Source: a virus
Lineage: Duplodnaviria; Caudoviricetes
Virus record (IMG/VR): IMGVR_UViG_3300027734_000094
Coordinates: 1 to 53,672 of that record
DNA length: 53,672 nt
Direction: 5' to 3' (one strand)
Positions 8,402 to 19,100 of this stretch are shown one piece after another; position 1 is the stretch's first letter, and each line of letters begins with the position of its first letter. A program made the translations under genes and the position numbers. The notes beneath the pieces are model-generated. The model was not told the DNA's origin, ran no database searches, and saw nothing but the letters and a program-made list of their open reading frames with translations.

Positions 8402-8809
8402 ATGGAAGACAACGCACTCCCTGCGGATAAGCTCGTCGCGGTCTACCGGAAAATCCGGGCCGTTATCGACAAGAAAGAGGAAGCGCACAAGGAAGAGATC
8501 GGTAACCTCAAGACTCAGCTCGATAAGGTCTCAGCTAAGCTGCTGGACATCTGCAACGAGCAGAACGTCGATGGGCTGAAAACCCCCGAAGGTACCGTGA
8601 CCCGCCGCACCGTGACCCGCTACTGGACGAACGATTGGGAAGCCATGTACCGGTTCATCAAGGAGCAGGACGCTCCGTTCCTCTTGGAGCAGCGCATCCA
8701 CAACGGCAACATGAAGCAGTACATCGAAGAGAACCCCGATACGCTGCCCATGGGCCTTAACGCAGACACCAAGTACGCGATCACCGTTCGCAAACCGACC
8801 AACAAGTGA
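8402..8809 (+). CDS. conserved phage replication-module protein (coiled coil)
   Basis: True start is the ATG at 8402 after AAGGAG; usual position upstream of SSB. Confidence 0.75.
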   Translation: MEDNALPADKLVAVYRKIRAVIDKKEEAHKEEIGNLKTQLDKVSAKLLDICNEQNVDGLKTPEGTVTRRTVTRYWTNDWEAMYRFIKEQDAPFLLEQRIHNGNMKQYIEENPDTLPMGLNADTKYAITVRKPTNK

Positions 8810-8816
8810 GGACACA

Positions 8817-9767
8817 ATGAGCAATCTTGCCATCTTCAAGAACGCGACTGCTGTCGCCAATACCCGCCGTCCGGTCTCTGACCTTACCAAGTCGGTGGCT
8901 ACCTCTGTCTCGGTGCGCCGCATCCAGACCAATACCAACGGCACCTTCAAGCGTATCGTGGGCGGCGAGCAGATCGGTAAGGCGATCCGTGGCGAGTTCA
9001 ACGCCATCATCGTGAGCATGCTGCCGAAGGTGAGTCGCACCTTCTACGCGGGTAAGTATGACCCCGACGCGAAGCCGACCCTGCCTGACTGCTGGTCGAA
9101 CAACGGCGATATGCCGGAAGCCAATGCCCCGAAGCGCCAGTCGGCCAACTGCGCCAACTGCAAGAACAATATCGACGGCTCCGGCGAGAACGGTAAGGGT
9201 AAGGCATGCCGCTTCCAGCGCCGTGTCGCTCTGATCCTCGAAGGTGATGACTCCGGCGATACCTATCAGTTCAACATCCCGGCCAAGTCGCTCTTCGGTA
9301 AGGGTAGTGGCAATACCCACCCGTTCGAGAGCTACGTGCGTTTTCTTGCCGCGAACGACGAGTCGATTGATTACGTGGTTACCAATATCGCGTATAACCT
9401 CGACGCCGACACGATGGAGCTCCAGTTCACTCCGGTGCGCCCGATCACCGATGAAGAGTATGAGCTGGTTGTGGCAGCACAGGCAGACCCGGCTACGCAG
9501 CGTCTCGTTCAGCTGACCGTGGCTGAAGCTGACGGTGCAAAGGCTAAGGAGCCCGCTGCGAAGGAGGAAGAGGAGGAAGAAGCGCCCGCCGCTAAGCCTG
9601 CTACCAAGCCCGCTGCGAAGGCCAATGTCTGGGCCGACGACGAGGAAGAGGAGGAAGCCCCGAAGCCTGTCAAGCGCGCCGCTAAGCCTAAGGAAGAGAC
9701 CGCCAAGCCTAAGGACGACCTTGCTGCTCTGGTCAATGTCTGGGCTACGGATGATGAGGAAGGCTGA
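8817..9767 (+). CDS. putative single-stranded DNA-binding protein with Zn-binding cysteines and acidic tail
   Basis: PDCWS..CANC..GKACR; low-complexity acidic C-terminus ending DDEEG; synteny. Confidence 0.7.
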   Translation: MSNLAIFKNATAVANTRRPVSDLTKSVATSVSVRRIQTNTNGTFKRIVGGEQIGKAIRGEFNAIIVSMLPKVSRTFYAGKYDPDAKPTLPDCWSNNGDMPEANAPKRQSANCANCKNNIDGSGENGKGKACRFQRRVALILEGDDSGDTYQFNIPAKSLFGKGSGNTHPFESYVRFLAANDESIDYVVTNIAYNLDADTMELQFTPVRPITDEEYELVVAAQADPATQRLVQLTVAEADGAKAKEPAAKEEEEEEAPAAKPATKPAAKANVWADDEEEEEAPKPVKRAAKPKEETAKPKDDLAALVNVWATDDEEG

Positions 9768-10009
9768 TGAGCCAAGGCTATAGTCTGCGCATTCGTGACT
9801 TGAATGCCAAGGCAGATGCGCGCAAGCTGGGCGTTCGTCTTGGGCGGCTGTGCATCGAGCACGATGTACCCGTTTCAGTGCTCGCGCAGCGTATGGGTGT
9901 GACTAGGGCCACGGTGTATAACTGGTTCTGCGGGGCTTCGGCCCCGCAGGCCAACGTCACCACCCCTATTGAAGCCTTCATCGCTACCCTAGAGAACGCC
10001 GCTGCGTAA
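9767..10009 (+). CDS. Cro/XRE-type HTH protein
   Basis: LAQRMGVTRATVYNWFCG. Confidence 0.85.
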   Translation: MSQGYSLRIRDLNAKADARKLGVRLGRLCIEHDVPVSVLAQRMGVTRATVYNWFCGASAPQANVTTPIEAFIATLENAAA

Positions 10010-10024
10010 GCACGGTGTTGGAGA

Positions 10025-10056
10025 TGGTATAACGGGAGCCGTGCCTCACACGGCTC
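10025..10056 (+). promoter_or_regulatory. possible extended -10 followed by an 8-bp hairpin upstream of the primase
   Basis: TGGTATAAC then GAGCCGTG-cctca-CACGGCTC. Confidence 0.35.
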
Positions 10057-10065
10057 TGATATGGG

Positions 10066-12885
10066 GTGTCCGCAAACATGGACGGGTTCGACCTACTGAC
10101 GACGGTTCAACCAGCTAACGGCTGGTTCGCCATCGTGGGTATCAAAGGGGATAGCAGGCAGCAGGAGCTAGTAGAGACACGCGAAGAGTTTGAAGAATGG
10201 GTTGAGCACTTCCAGCGCACAAAGCGCAATGTCTTCTTCGGGGTAGCTAAATATACAGACGGTTCTTCCCGTAAGAAGGACAACGTCCAAGCACTCAAGT
10301 CTTTCTGGATCGATATCGACTGCGGCCCCGGTAAGGGGTACGCCACGCAAGCAGAGGGGATCATCGCCCTCCAGCAGTTCTGCCGCAACGTAGGCCTGCC
10401 TAGGCCCATCATCGTTAACTCTGGACGCGGGCTGCACGTATACTGGGCGCTCGAAGAGGAGGTGACCCGCGCAGAGTGGGAGCTGATAGCCAAGCGCCTC
10501 AAGGAAGTCTGCGCTACGCAGGATATGCGGGTAGACAACAGCTGCTTTGAAGTAGCCCGCATTCTGCGTGTACCCGGCACTCACAACCACAAGGGCGATG
10601 AACCGGCACCGGTCTACGTTATTAACGAGGCCAAGCCTACGACCTACGAGCATATCCGCAAGGTGCTGGGGGTGAAGGAGCAGGCTGCGCCTGTAGCGCG
10701 CTCCGGGCGCGGTATGAGCGCACTGGGTAAGCAGGCGCAGGACAGCATCACCTCGGTCTTCAGTCACATAATGACGCGCGAGGATGGTGGGTGTGCGCAG
10801 CTCGCCGCCTGCTACAAGGAGAGGGAGACGCTCGCCGAGCCCCGCTGGTTCGACGCACTCTCAGTAGCTAAGTTCTGCAAGGACAAGGATAAGGCAGTAC
10901 ACAGGCTGTCAGCTGACCATCCGGATTACGACCCGGCAAAGGTCGAGCAGAAGCTGAAGCACATCGCAGGCCCGCACACCTGCGAGATATTCGAGAGCAA
11001 CAATCCGGGCGGTTGCGCGAAGTGCCCACACAAAGACAAGATCAAGTCCCCCATCGTGCTGGGGCGCGTCGTAGAGGTAGCCACGGAGGAGGATAACACC
11101 TTTGAGGAGGTAGCCGACAACGGCACGACCACCCTCTACAAGATACCCGAGTACCCGTTCCCCTACGTGCGTGGCAAGAATGGTGGCATCTACCGCCAAC
11201 CTGACGGTGCGGAAGCTGAGCCTATCTTCATCTACCCGTACGATCTGTACGTGGTTAAGCGCATGAGGGACCCGAATGAAGGTGGTGTGGTGTTGATCCG
11301 CTCGCACACACCCAAGGATGGCGTCGAGGAGTTCGCCATTGCTAACAGTAAGATCAGCGAACCCACTGAGGTACGCAAAGAGCTAGCCCGCAGGGATATC
11401 CTGTTGGCCAAGAAACAGTTCGACCTGCTGGTGGACTACATCATACGGTCGGCACAGGACCTACGTCATAACAGGAAGGCAGAGCAAATGCGTAATCAGT
11501 TTGGTTGGGCAGACGGAGATAAGAAGTTCATTATCGGGGACCGTGAGGTCAGCGCAGAGGGCACGTATCACAGCCCCCCGTCCTCAGTGACCCGCGCACT
11601 CACCGATCACATGGCACCCGCAGGGACGTTCGATAAGTGGAAGGAAGTGTTCGACCTCTATGGTCGCCCCGGCCTTGAGGCATCTGCCTTCGCTGCGGCT
11701 ACTGCGTTCGGTGCACCTCTGCTACGCTTCTCTGGTCAGCGCGGTGCGATCATCAACCTCGTGAACACGCTTTCTGGCACCGGTAAAACTACGATCCTTC
11801 ACATGGCTAACAGCGTATGGGGGGACCCTGAGAAGCTCTGCGCCAAGAAGGACGACACGTTCAACTCCAAGGTGTTCAAGCTCGGAGTGCTCTGCAACCT
11901 GCCGGTGTGCTTCGATGAGATGTCGAACATGGACCCTAAGCACCTTAGCGAGTTGGCTTACCTCATCACGCAAGGTACGGGTAAGGACCGCATGAAGGCG
12001 AGCACGAACGAGCTCCGGGTCAACCTCACGTCGTGGCAGACCATCGCACTCTGCTCGTCCAACCACTCGTTTTATGAGAAGTTGGAGTTCCTCAAGGATA
12101 ACCCGCAGGGTGAGATGATGCGCATCATCGAGTACAGCCTCGGCTACTCAGACGCTATCGACACCGAGACCGGCAAGCAGATGTTCGATCATCAGCTCAT
12201 GGAGAACTACGGTCACGCTGGGGATATCTACGCCCGCTACCTGATCGAGAACTACGAGGAGGTGAAGGCGCTGTATATGACGGTACAGAACCGCCTCGAT
12301 ACGATCCTCAAACTTACGCAGCGCGAGCGCTTCTGGTCCGCTACCGTCGCTGCCAATATCACTGGTATCCAGATAGCCGTGCGCCTCAAACTGTGTAGCT
12401 GGGATATCGCTGCTATCTTCAAGTGGGCCTGCAAGATGGTCCGCACTCTCCGCAACACGACGGTTCCCCCCATTGCGCAGGACAAGGAAGTCCTCGGTGA
12501 TTTCATGCTTCGCCACATGGACAATGTGTTGATCGTCAACGACGGGGTGGACCTGCGCAGTAAGATGCAGGGGGTGCCTGAGCTAGAGCCGAAGCGCGAG
12601 CTGATCGTACGCTACGAGCCCGATACGCAGCTAGTCTATATTACCGTAGCGGCTTTCCGCCTCTACTGCGCGGCGCGTAACATCGGTTATCGTGAGACCA
12701 TCAAAAACCTCAAGAACACTGGTGTATTCCTCAAGACGGACCAGAAGCGCATGTCCAAGGGCATGCGCGTGAACACCCCGCCTGTGCAGGCTATGATCCT
12801 AGACGGACGTCACTCCGACTTCGCTGCACTTGTGGATATGATCCCCGAAGACAAGGCCGACGCAGATGCGGGTAGCGGGGGTTGA
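10066..12885 (+). CDS. primase-helicase (RepB/AEP-like primase, DUF927-like region, SF3-type ATPase)
   Basis: WIDID, SGRGLHVYW, RILRVPGT, Cys cluster, QFGW, SGTGKTT, FDE; start may be ATG 10078. Confidence 0.9.
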   Translation: MSANMDGFDLLTTVQPANGWFAIVGIKGDSRQQELVETREEFEEWVEHFQRTKRNVFFGVAKYTDGSSRKKDNVQALKSFWIDIDCGPGKGYATQAEGIIALQQFCRNVGLPRPIIVNSGRGLHVYWALEEEVTRAEWELIAKRLKEVCATQDMRVDNSCFEVARILRVPGTHNHKGDEPAPVYVINEAKPTTYEHIRKVLGVKEQAAPVARSGRGMSALGKQAQDSITSVFSHIMTREDGGCAQLAACYKERETLAEPRWFDALSVAKFCKDKDKAVHRLSADHPDYDPAKVEQKLKHIAGPHTCEIFESNNPGGCAKCPHKDKIKSPIVLGRVVEVATEEDNTFEEVADNGTTTLYKIPEYPFPYVRGKNGGIYRQPDGAEAEPIFIYPYDLYVVKRMRDPNEGGVVLIRSHTPKDGVEEFAIANSKISEPTEVRKELARRDILLAKKQFDLLVDYIIRSAQDLRHNRKAEQMRNQFGWADGDKKFIIGDREVSAEGTYHSPPSSVTRALTDHMAPAGTFDKWKEVFDLYGRPGLEASAFAAATAFGAPLLRFSGQRGAIINLVNTLSGTGKTTILHMANSVWGDPEKLCAKKDDTFNSKVFKLGVLCNLPVCFDEMSNMDPKHLSELAYLITQGTGKDRMKASTNELRVNLTSWQTIALCSSNHSFYEKLEFLKDNPQGEMMRIIEYSLGYSDAIDTETGKQMFDHQLMENYGHAGDIYARYLIENYEEVKALYMTVQNRLDTILKLTQRERFWSATVAANITGIQIAVRLKLCSWDIAAIFKWACKMVRTLRNTTVPPIAQDKEVLGDFMLRHMDNVLIVNDGVDLRSKMQGVPELEPKRELIVRYEPDTQLVYITVAAFRLYCAARNIGYRETIKNLKNTGVFLKTDQKRMSKGMRVNTPPVQAMILDGRHSDFAALVDMIPEDKADADAGSGG

Positions 12886-13063
12886 GTACGAGGTGAACTG
12901 GCGAGGCTTCACCAGAGGCAAGTCGCTGTTCTTCCCCTGCCTAGATACGAAGGCGGCGTGGCGCGAGGTTAGTCCTGTGTTGCGCCGCCTGAGGTTCAAG
13001 GTGGTCTATAAAGGCGTAGTGGACCAGTCTGGAGTTAGGGGTTTACGAATCTGGCGAACGTGA
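12866..13063 (+). CDS. small conserved-type phage protein (ends GLRIWR)
   Basis: G.SLFFPC..GVRGLRIWRT; last gene before terminator. Confidence 0.7.
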   Translation: MRVAGVEYEVNWRGFTRGKSLFFPCLDTKAAWREVSPVLRRLRFKVVYKGVVDQSGVRGLRIWRT

Positions 13064-13109
13064 TAGAACGTCCTCGGAAGTTTGCTCCTTCCATTTCACT
13101 CTCCCAACT

Positions 13110-13142
13110 CCCCCGCAGCCCCCCGCGCTGCGGGGGTTTTTT
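13110..13142 (+). terminator. rho-independent terminator where the two arms converge
   Basis: CCCCCGCAGC / GCTGCGGGGG stem plus T6. Confidence 0.85.
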
Positions 13143-16100
13143 ATTGTACGAACCGGCGCTGCGCGGCGATGTCCTTAGGCGCGGTCTTCTTGTCGAACTG
13201 AACGCCTTCCACTGTGCGCGCACGGATTTTACCGCGCGACTTCATGGACTCCTGTACCGTCTTCATGCTGATTACGAACTCAGGGTCCGGATAAGTGCGA
13301 TTGAACGGTACTACGTTATCCTCCCAGAACTGCCGGAAATCATCCTGCGTCTTGAACTCGCCAGCCATAGCTTTGCGCTCGATAGAGTTGAGAATCCCCT
13401 TACGCTCACCTTCGATACGCGTCTCGTTCTTGGCACGGGTGATGTAGTACTCTTGTATGCGACCAAGGCGCGGGGACCGCAGGCCAAGCATGTCGCGGAA
13501 CGAGTCCGCAGCGGTCAGCTCTCCCTTCGGAATGAGGACGTCCCCTCTCCGGTTCTTAATGCCTTCACTCGCGTTGTAGGCTGCAGTGACCCAACTGCGG
13601 GCAAAGGCTGGGGCTATCTTGGTAAGGCCTCCCTTGGTGTCACCTTCTTTGAAGCTGTCCAAAGCCCGCAGGTACTGCGCTACCATGCTCAGCCCGGCGA
13701 TATTGGCTATGGCAGTCTGCACCGCTGTGTCTTCCATAGAGTCGCCCGCGACGGCATCGCGGAACCACATGTTCTTGAGGTCGAGGGTAGTACGGCTTGC
13801 CGTCTCAGTGCCGGTAAGGGCAGATATGGGGCCAGTGGTCAGGATATCTGCGAGCGACATACCCCCCACCTCAATAGCGCCAAACTTGTCGTTCATCCAC
13901 GAGCGGAAGAAGATGTCGGGGTTGTACGCAGTGCGCGGGTCGTCGGAGGCCATCATCGCGCGGACGTCCTCATCATCATCGTCGTCATAACCGAAAGCAG
14001 CCATGAAGGCGTAGGTCATCGCGCTGTACAGCGGCATACCCATGAGGCCACCGAACATACCGGCCATCATCATGACGCCGGAGAACTCCTTTACCGCACC
14101 TGCGCGCTCCGCGCCCGTACCCACTGCCATGTCACGGATAGCGCCCACCATGAACTTGGTCTGCAGAAGCGGATGCATCTTGAACAGGAACAGAGGGCGT
14201 GTGTACGTACCCTTAGCAAGGCTCGGACGCTCAAAGCTGGAGAAGTCGCCCAGCGTATCACGCACGACGCTGACAGCCTGCTCAAGGGCGTAGTTGCGGG
14301 CTTCTTCCTCCGTGGCGTTGGGGTTCTGCTTCTGGTACTTATCAAGCGCTAGCTCGAACGTCATATAGTACGCAGACTGGCGGGTGATGTTCTCGGTACC
14401 TGTGAACAGGAAGCTCATCATCTTACCAGTGACAGCCCCTGTATCCTGTACAACGCGCTTCACGCCGGTTCCCCGGACCTTAGGCACTGAACGTTCGTTC
14501 TGTACGAGCGTGTCAGTCACCATATCGAGGATGCCGCGCTCCTTACCCGCGCGCATAGCCCACTGTAGGTCAGCGTTACTCTTTACGAAGTGCGAGCCAT
14601 TCACGTTGGGCATTATGGCATCGATGCGGTCACCGAACGTAGTGTGCTCACGGTTGACCTTTACCCGGCCAAGGCTATCCCAGACCTGCATGTACTTAAC
14701 CCACATAGCGGTGCCCTTGGCAACGCCGTAGTCGCGCCAGAGACGCGGCACAACGCGGATCGGAATTGAGGTCATATTGAACATCGCTGTCGATGCACTG
14801 GTCAGGTAGTAGTAGTACGCTGCCCGGTTCATCAGGTTCATCGCCGCATTCTGCGGGTCGGGCTTGAGCTCTTGGTTAGCCCGCTTCTCCAGCTCCCGTA
14901 CGAAGATACCCATCTTTGCACGTTCCGTAGTCGGGCGTTCCTTTTCGTTAGCGATATCCCGTGCGATATCCACTGCACCGCGTATCCTACCTGCGTAGGC
15001 GAGTTTGCTAAGCTGATTGGCATACGACGTAGCCTGCTGCCGGAAATGCAGCTCCACGTTAGGTGAGAAACCTGCAATCTCCTTGGCGCGCATCAGGCGG
15101 CGACGGACAGAGCGCTCGGGAGTCGTCTGCAGCCAAGTCTCATAGATAGCACCGACCAGCTCATCCATATCGGTACGGCCTGTGCTATTAGTCTGACTAC
15201 GTGCCTTCTCCACGATATCGAACACGCGCTGCAGGATAGCGTCCTCGCCCTTGATCTGATCCTGCAGCTCCGCGATGTCGTAGCCGGTTTTGATGACTCC
15301 TGAGTTCTTTTCGGGGTCCACACCCAGTCGCGCAGCGACAGCCTTCTGAGCACGTTGCAGCTCCCTCACCGACTCGAAGGTGTGGAACTCTTCCTCACGC
15401 CCGGAAGCCTTATCCTCGCTTACGCGCAGCCAGTACTTACCTTCACGCATGAGAGGGAAGTAGTCCTTGGCGAACAGATCGGAGTTGATATCCCAGAAGA
15501 TATCGCCCGACTTCTTTGCATCATCAGGTGTACTGATCTCGCGCATCAGCTTAGCGCGCATGTCTTGGATGCGGGTCGCCTGTTCCTTGTCGGTAACGCT
15601 GTTGATGCGCTCGTCAAGAAGTGCCAGCTCGGCGTCAAACATGTCTTTATAGAACTCGCGCATCTGCAGGTAGACCTTGTGGCCGTTCTTTTGCTCGCCC
15701 AGCTTCTCCCAAGCGTCGTAGGTATCGCGGATGCGGCGCGTCATCTCAGTGAGCTGCTCGACTTGGGCACTCACCTTCGTGTTGTCGATAGCAGTGGTAG
15801 TAAGCGCCTTGAGCTTGGGGCGCAGATCACCTTTACCCTTTGCGACCAGCTCCTTGATCTCAGCTATGGTGCGCTTGGCCAGCGCCTTGTCGTTCGAGTT
15901 GGCTACGATACGCTTTTCGATTTCGACGAGTACCTTATTGTTCGTCAGCGCCTCATCCCGCGTGGCAAATTCATCCGGCGACACCTCGTTAATACGTGAG
16001 GTGAACATAGCCGTAGCCAGCTGCGCGCTGCCGTACTTGTCAACGAAGTTCCGGATAAGGCGTGCGACCTTGTCGCTGTGCTCATTTATACGGTTCTTCA

Positions 16101-19100
16101 TACTGTTCATTTTATGTACGTAGTCATCCACAGCGGCTAGCGCCGTATGGAACTGCGGAGAGTAGAGCGACTTGGCCCAGTTGAGCAGCCCGGATGTCGG
16201 CATAGCCGTAGCCATACCTTCCATGAACTTAGGGCTGATCGCATCGATGTTCTCGGTAACGGCCTTCTGGTAGATCGACGAGTCATGCGCCGAAGCCATC
16301 TCCTCCATGCCGTCATTCAGCCCCGCAGTGCTAAACGTGTTTTTCACACGTTGCGCGCCCTTGCTCAGAGCCTCGGTAGCGCTCTTCAGCTTCTTGGCAT
16401 TCGGCTTAGAGGTCTTGGGGCGAGCGTACTTAGGTACGAGCGTAGCGCCAATATAGCGCATACCCTTAACTGCGGTGCTCTCCTGTTTTCCGTCCACGAC
16501 CATATCGTGCGCCGCGCGGAGGATAGCGGCTACGTCGCCGTCGCTGATCTTGAGGCTAAAGCCAAGCCTGCGCGCAAAGTCACGCACGACTGTAGCTAGG
16601 CGCTGCATAATTGTAGGTTCGAGCACACCCACTTCGGAGCGCTCTGCAAGAACTTCCTCAACAGCGCGGGCCAGTGGATTGGCGTCCTGTGCGTATGCGC
16701 CCGAGTTAGCCTTCCGCCATTTATCGACTTCAGCCCTGAGGTTGGCGTTACCCCGGTAAAGTGCGGTCAGCACGCCATCAAGATTGTTCCGGAATAGTTT
16801 AGCCAAACCGACATGGCCCAGACCTTCGTGGAACAGGACAGCCTTGACGTCTTCGATGGAGTCGATGTTGTCGGCAATGAGATAGACTGTACCATCAGGA
16901 GCAACGAGACCACGCGCATCGGTAGCGCCATCGCGCTCGATAGCCGCACGCAGCCGGGCGTCCTTGATATCCGCAACAGACTTAACCACGGTTACGGGGT
17001 TAGTGCTCTTCCACTTGGATACGATGTTATCAACGAGAGCCTGCACCTGCTCTATAGGCGTACCCCTAGCGGGCTTGGCAGCGCCCCTACGGTACTTCTG
17101 GACCTTGGCTTCCTTGAGGTCGATCCGAGCATCGCGGGCTTCAACCTTCTCGGCCTTGGTATCCGCGCCTTCCGCCCTACCTAGACGCTCTTGTACTGCT
17201 GCGTTACCGATGCGCTGTTTAGCACCCAGCTTCTCGTCTTGCCGCGTCTCCACCATTGTCTTGAGTGCGGCGCGGGCCGGGTTCAGCAGGCCGTTCTTAA
17301 CCGCAGCGCGGAGGCGTTGGTTGGCCTCCATGCGGGCAGCTTCGGCAGCTTCCTTTTCTTCGGCAGACGCATTGCGTGCGGTGCTAGCGGCGTCCAGTGC
17401 GGCCTTCTCTAGCTTAGCAATAGCGTCGTTGGCTACCTGTTTGCCGTTGACCATACGGTACGCATTGGGGCGGTTCATCCGCTGAAGGAGCTGTGCGCGC
17501 TGGTTGTTGTCAATCTGCCCTGCTTCGCGCGCAGCGTCCACCTCACTGACGAAGCTCTGCACCATACGAGTGGCGACGGTAGGCGCTTCCTGTTCAACTC
17601 GCGCGGGTGACTCAAGCTCTTCAAGCGCAGCGGGGGCCTCGGGGATGTACGGAGTGAGCTCCATCATCCGACCATAGACTTGGTCCGAGAAGTCCTGCAG
17701 CGTTTTGGCCTTCAGCACTTCCTCAGGCTTCTTGCCCAGCCTCGTCTCCGCTACGAGCTTATACGGTGCGTTGGTGTCCGTAGGGTCGTAGTCTACCTTG
17801 TAGACGGCATTCTCAGGAGCCTGCGCACGGAGCGCATACTCAATGTCGCCAAGGGTCTCTTCACGTTGCTCGGCCTCACGCTGCTGAAGTGCCGCAGCGC
17901 GCTCTTGGTTGGCTTGGGCTTCTTGGAGCACCTGCTCCTGTAGTGCGGCTTTCTCTTCCGACGAGGTAAACCGTTGTGCGTTGAACTCCTCGCGCTTGGC
18001 AGCTTCACCCGGCGCTTCCTGCATGGGGAGCGCGCCAAACATATCGGTGGTCTCGGTGTCCTTCGGCCTGCGACCACGCGAGTAGCGCGGGCCGGGGCCA
18101 GAGTCCGCAATGCTATATAGGTCGTCCAATGTCAGCCCGGTCGCGGCTTCCACTTCGCTCTGGAGCTCCGGCTCGACCCCGATACGCCGGATAAGCGCAT
18201 CGGCCTCATTAGGTGAGAAAACGGTGCGGACAGGAGTAGGCGCAGCCTGCGCAGGTGCTCCCCCTGCCTCTTGCTCATAAGCCTGCTGCATAGCAGCCTG
18301 CTCTTCAGGGTCTACCGGAGGTGGAGCGAACTCTTGCTCGGCACCGGGCATACCGGGCGCATTGATATCCGGCTCAGGCGAGGGCTCAGCGCCCGCTGTA
18401 CGCGCAGCGCGCTCCTCTTCCTGCTGCTGACGTAGAGCTTCTTCCTGTCGGGCAAGTGCATCCTTCTGTGCGGCCATACGCTTTACGACCGTGCGCGCTT
18501 CTTCCTCACTAAAGCCGCGCTGGATGAAGCGCTCGACAGCGGCATCCTTGACCTCAGGAGTAGCATTAGGCGGAAGCGCGTCGAGCTCTTTTTTGACATC
18601 TTGGGCGACCCCGGCCCGGACTTCTCGATGCCCGCCGTAAGCACCGGGGATGAGGGACGCGATACCTGCTTCAGCGGCGCGACCGGCAACGCCAGACATT
18701 AGGTCAACATCATACCCGGCGCGCTTCTGCGCTAGGTTACTAGCGTACTGCTCTTGGCCTTCCTGTATGGCTTCAGGGATAGCTTCTTCCGCCGCGCCCG
18801 CAACCATACCTCTAGGCAAGCTACGCTTTACGACTTCGCGCTCAACACCTGCTTCTGCAACCTTAGCCGCTGCCCTACGCCCGATAGCACTACTGATTTG
18901 GCGCGGGAGGCCGGTTGCCGAAGCAACAGCACCAAGAACGGTACCTAGCGCAATCTGGTCGAGATTCTCCCCGCCATATTCCTGCGCCTTGGTAGCAGCG
19001 GCGGTAGCCTGCTCTTCGTTGGCACCGTGCTCGCGCGATGCGCGGTACATAGCGTCGTAGATGTCACCCTTAATTGCGCCAGCGCCCGAAGCAGCGCCGA

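Noticed and set aside
13060-14352. 430-aa + strand ORF
   Set aside because: Antisense shadow of the 2157-aa gene; it runs through a + strand terminator and has no motifs
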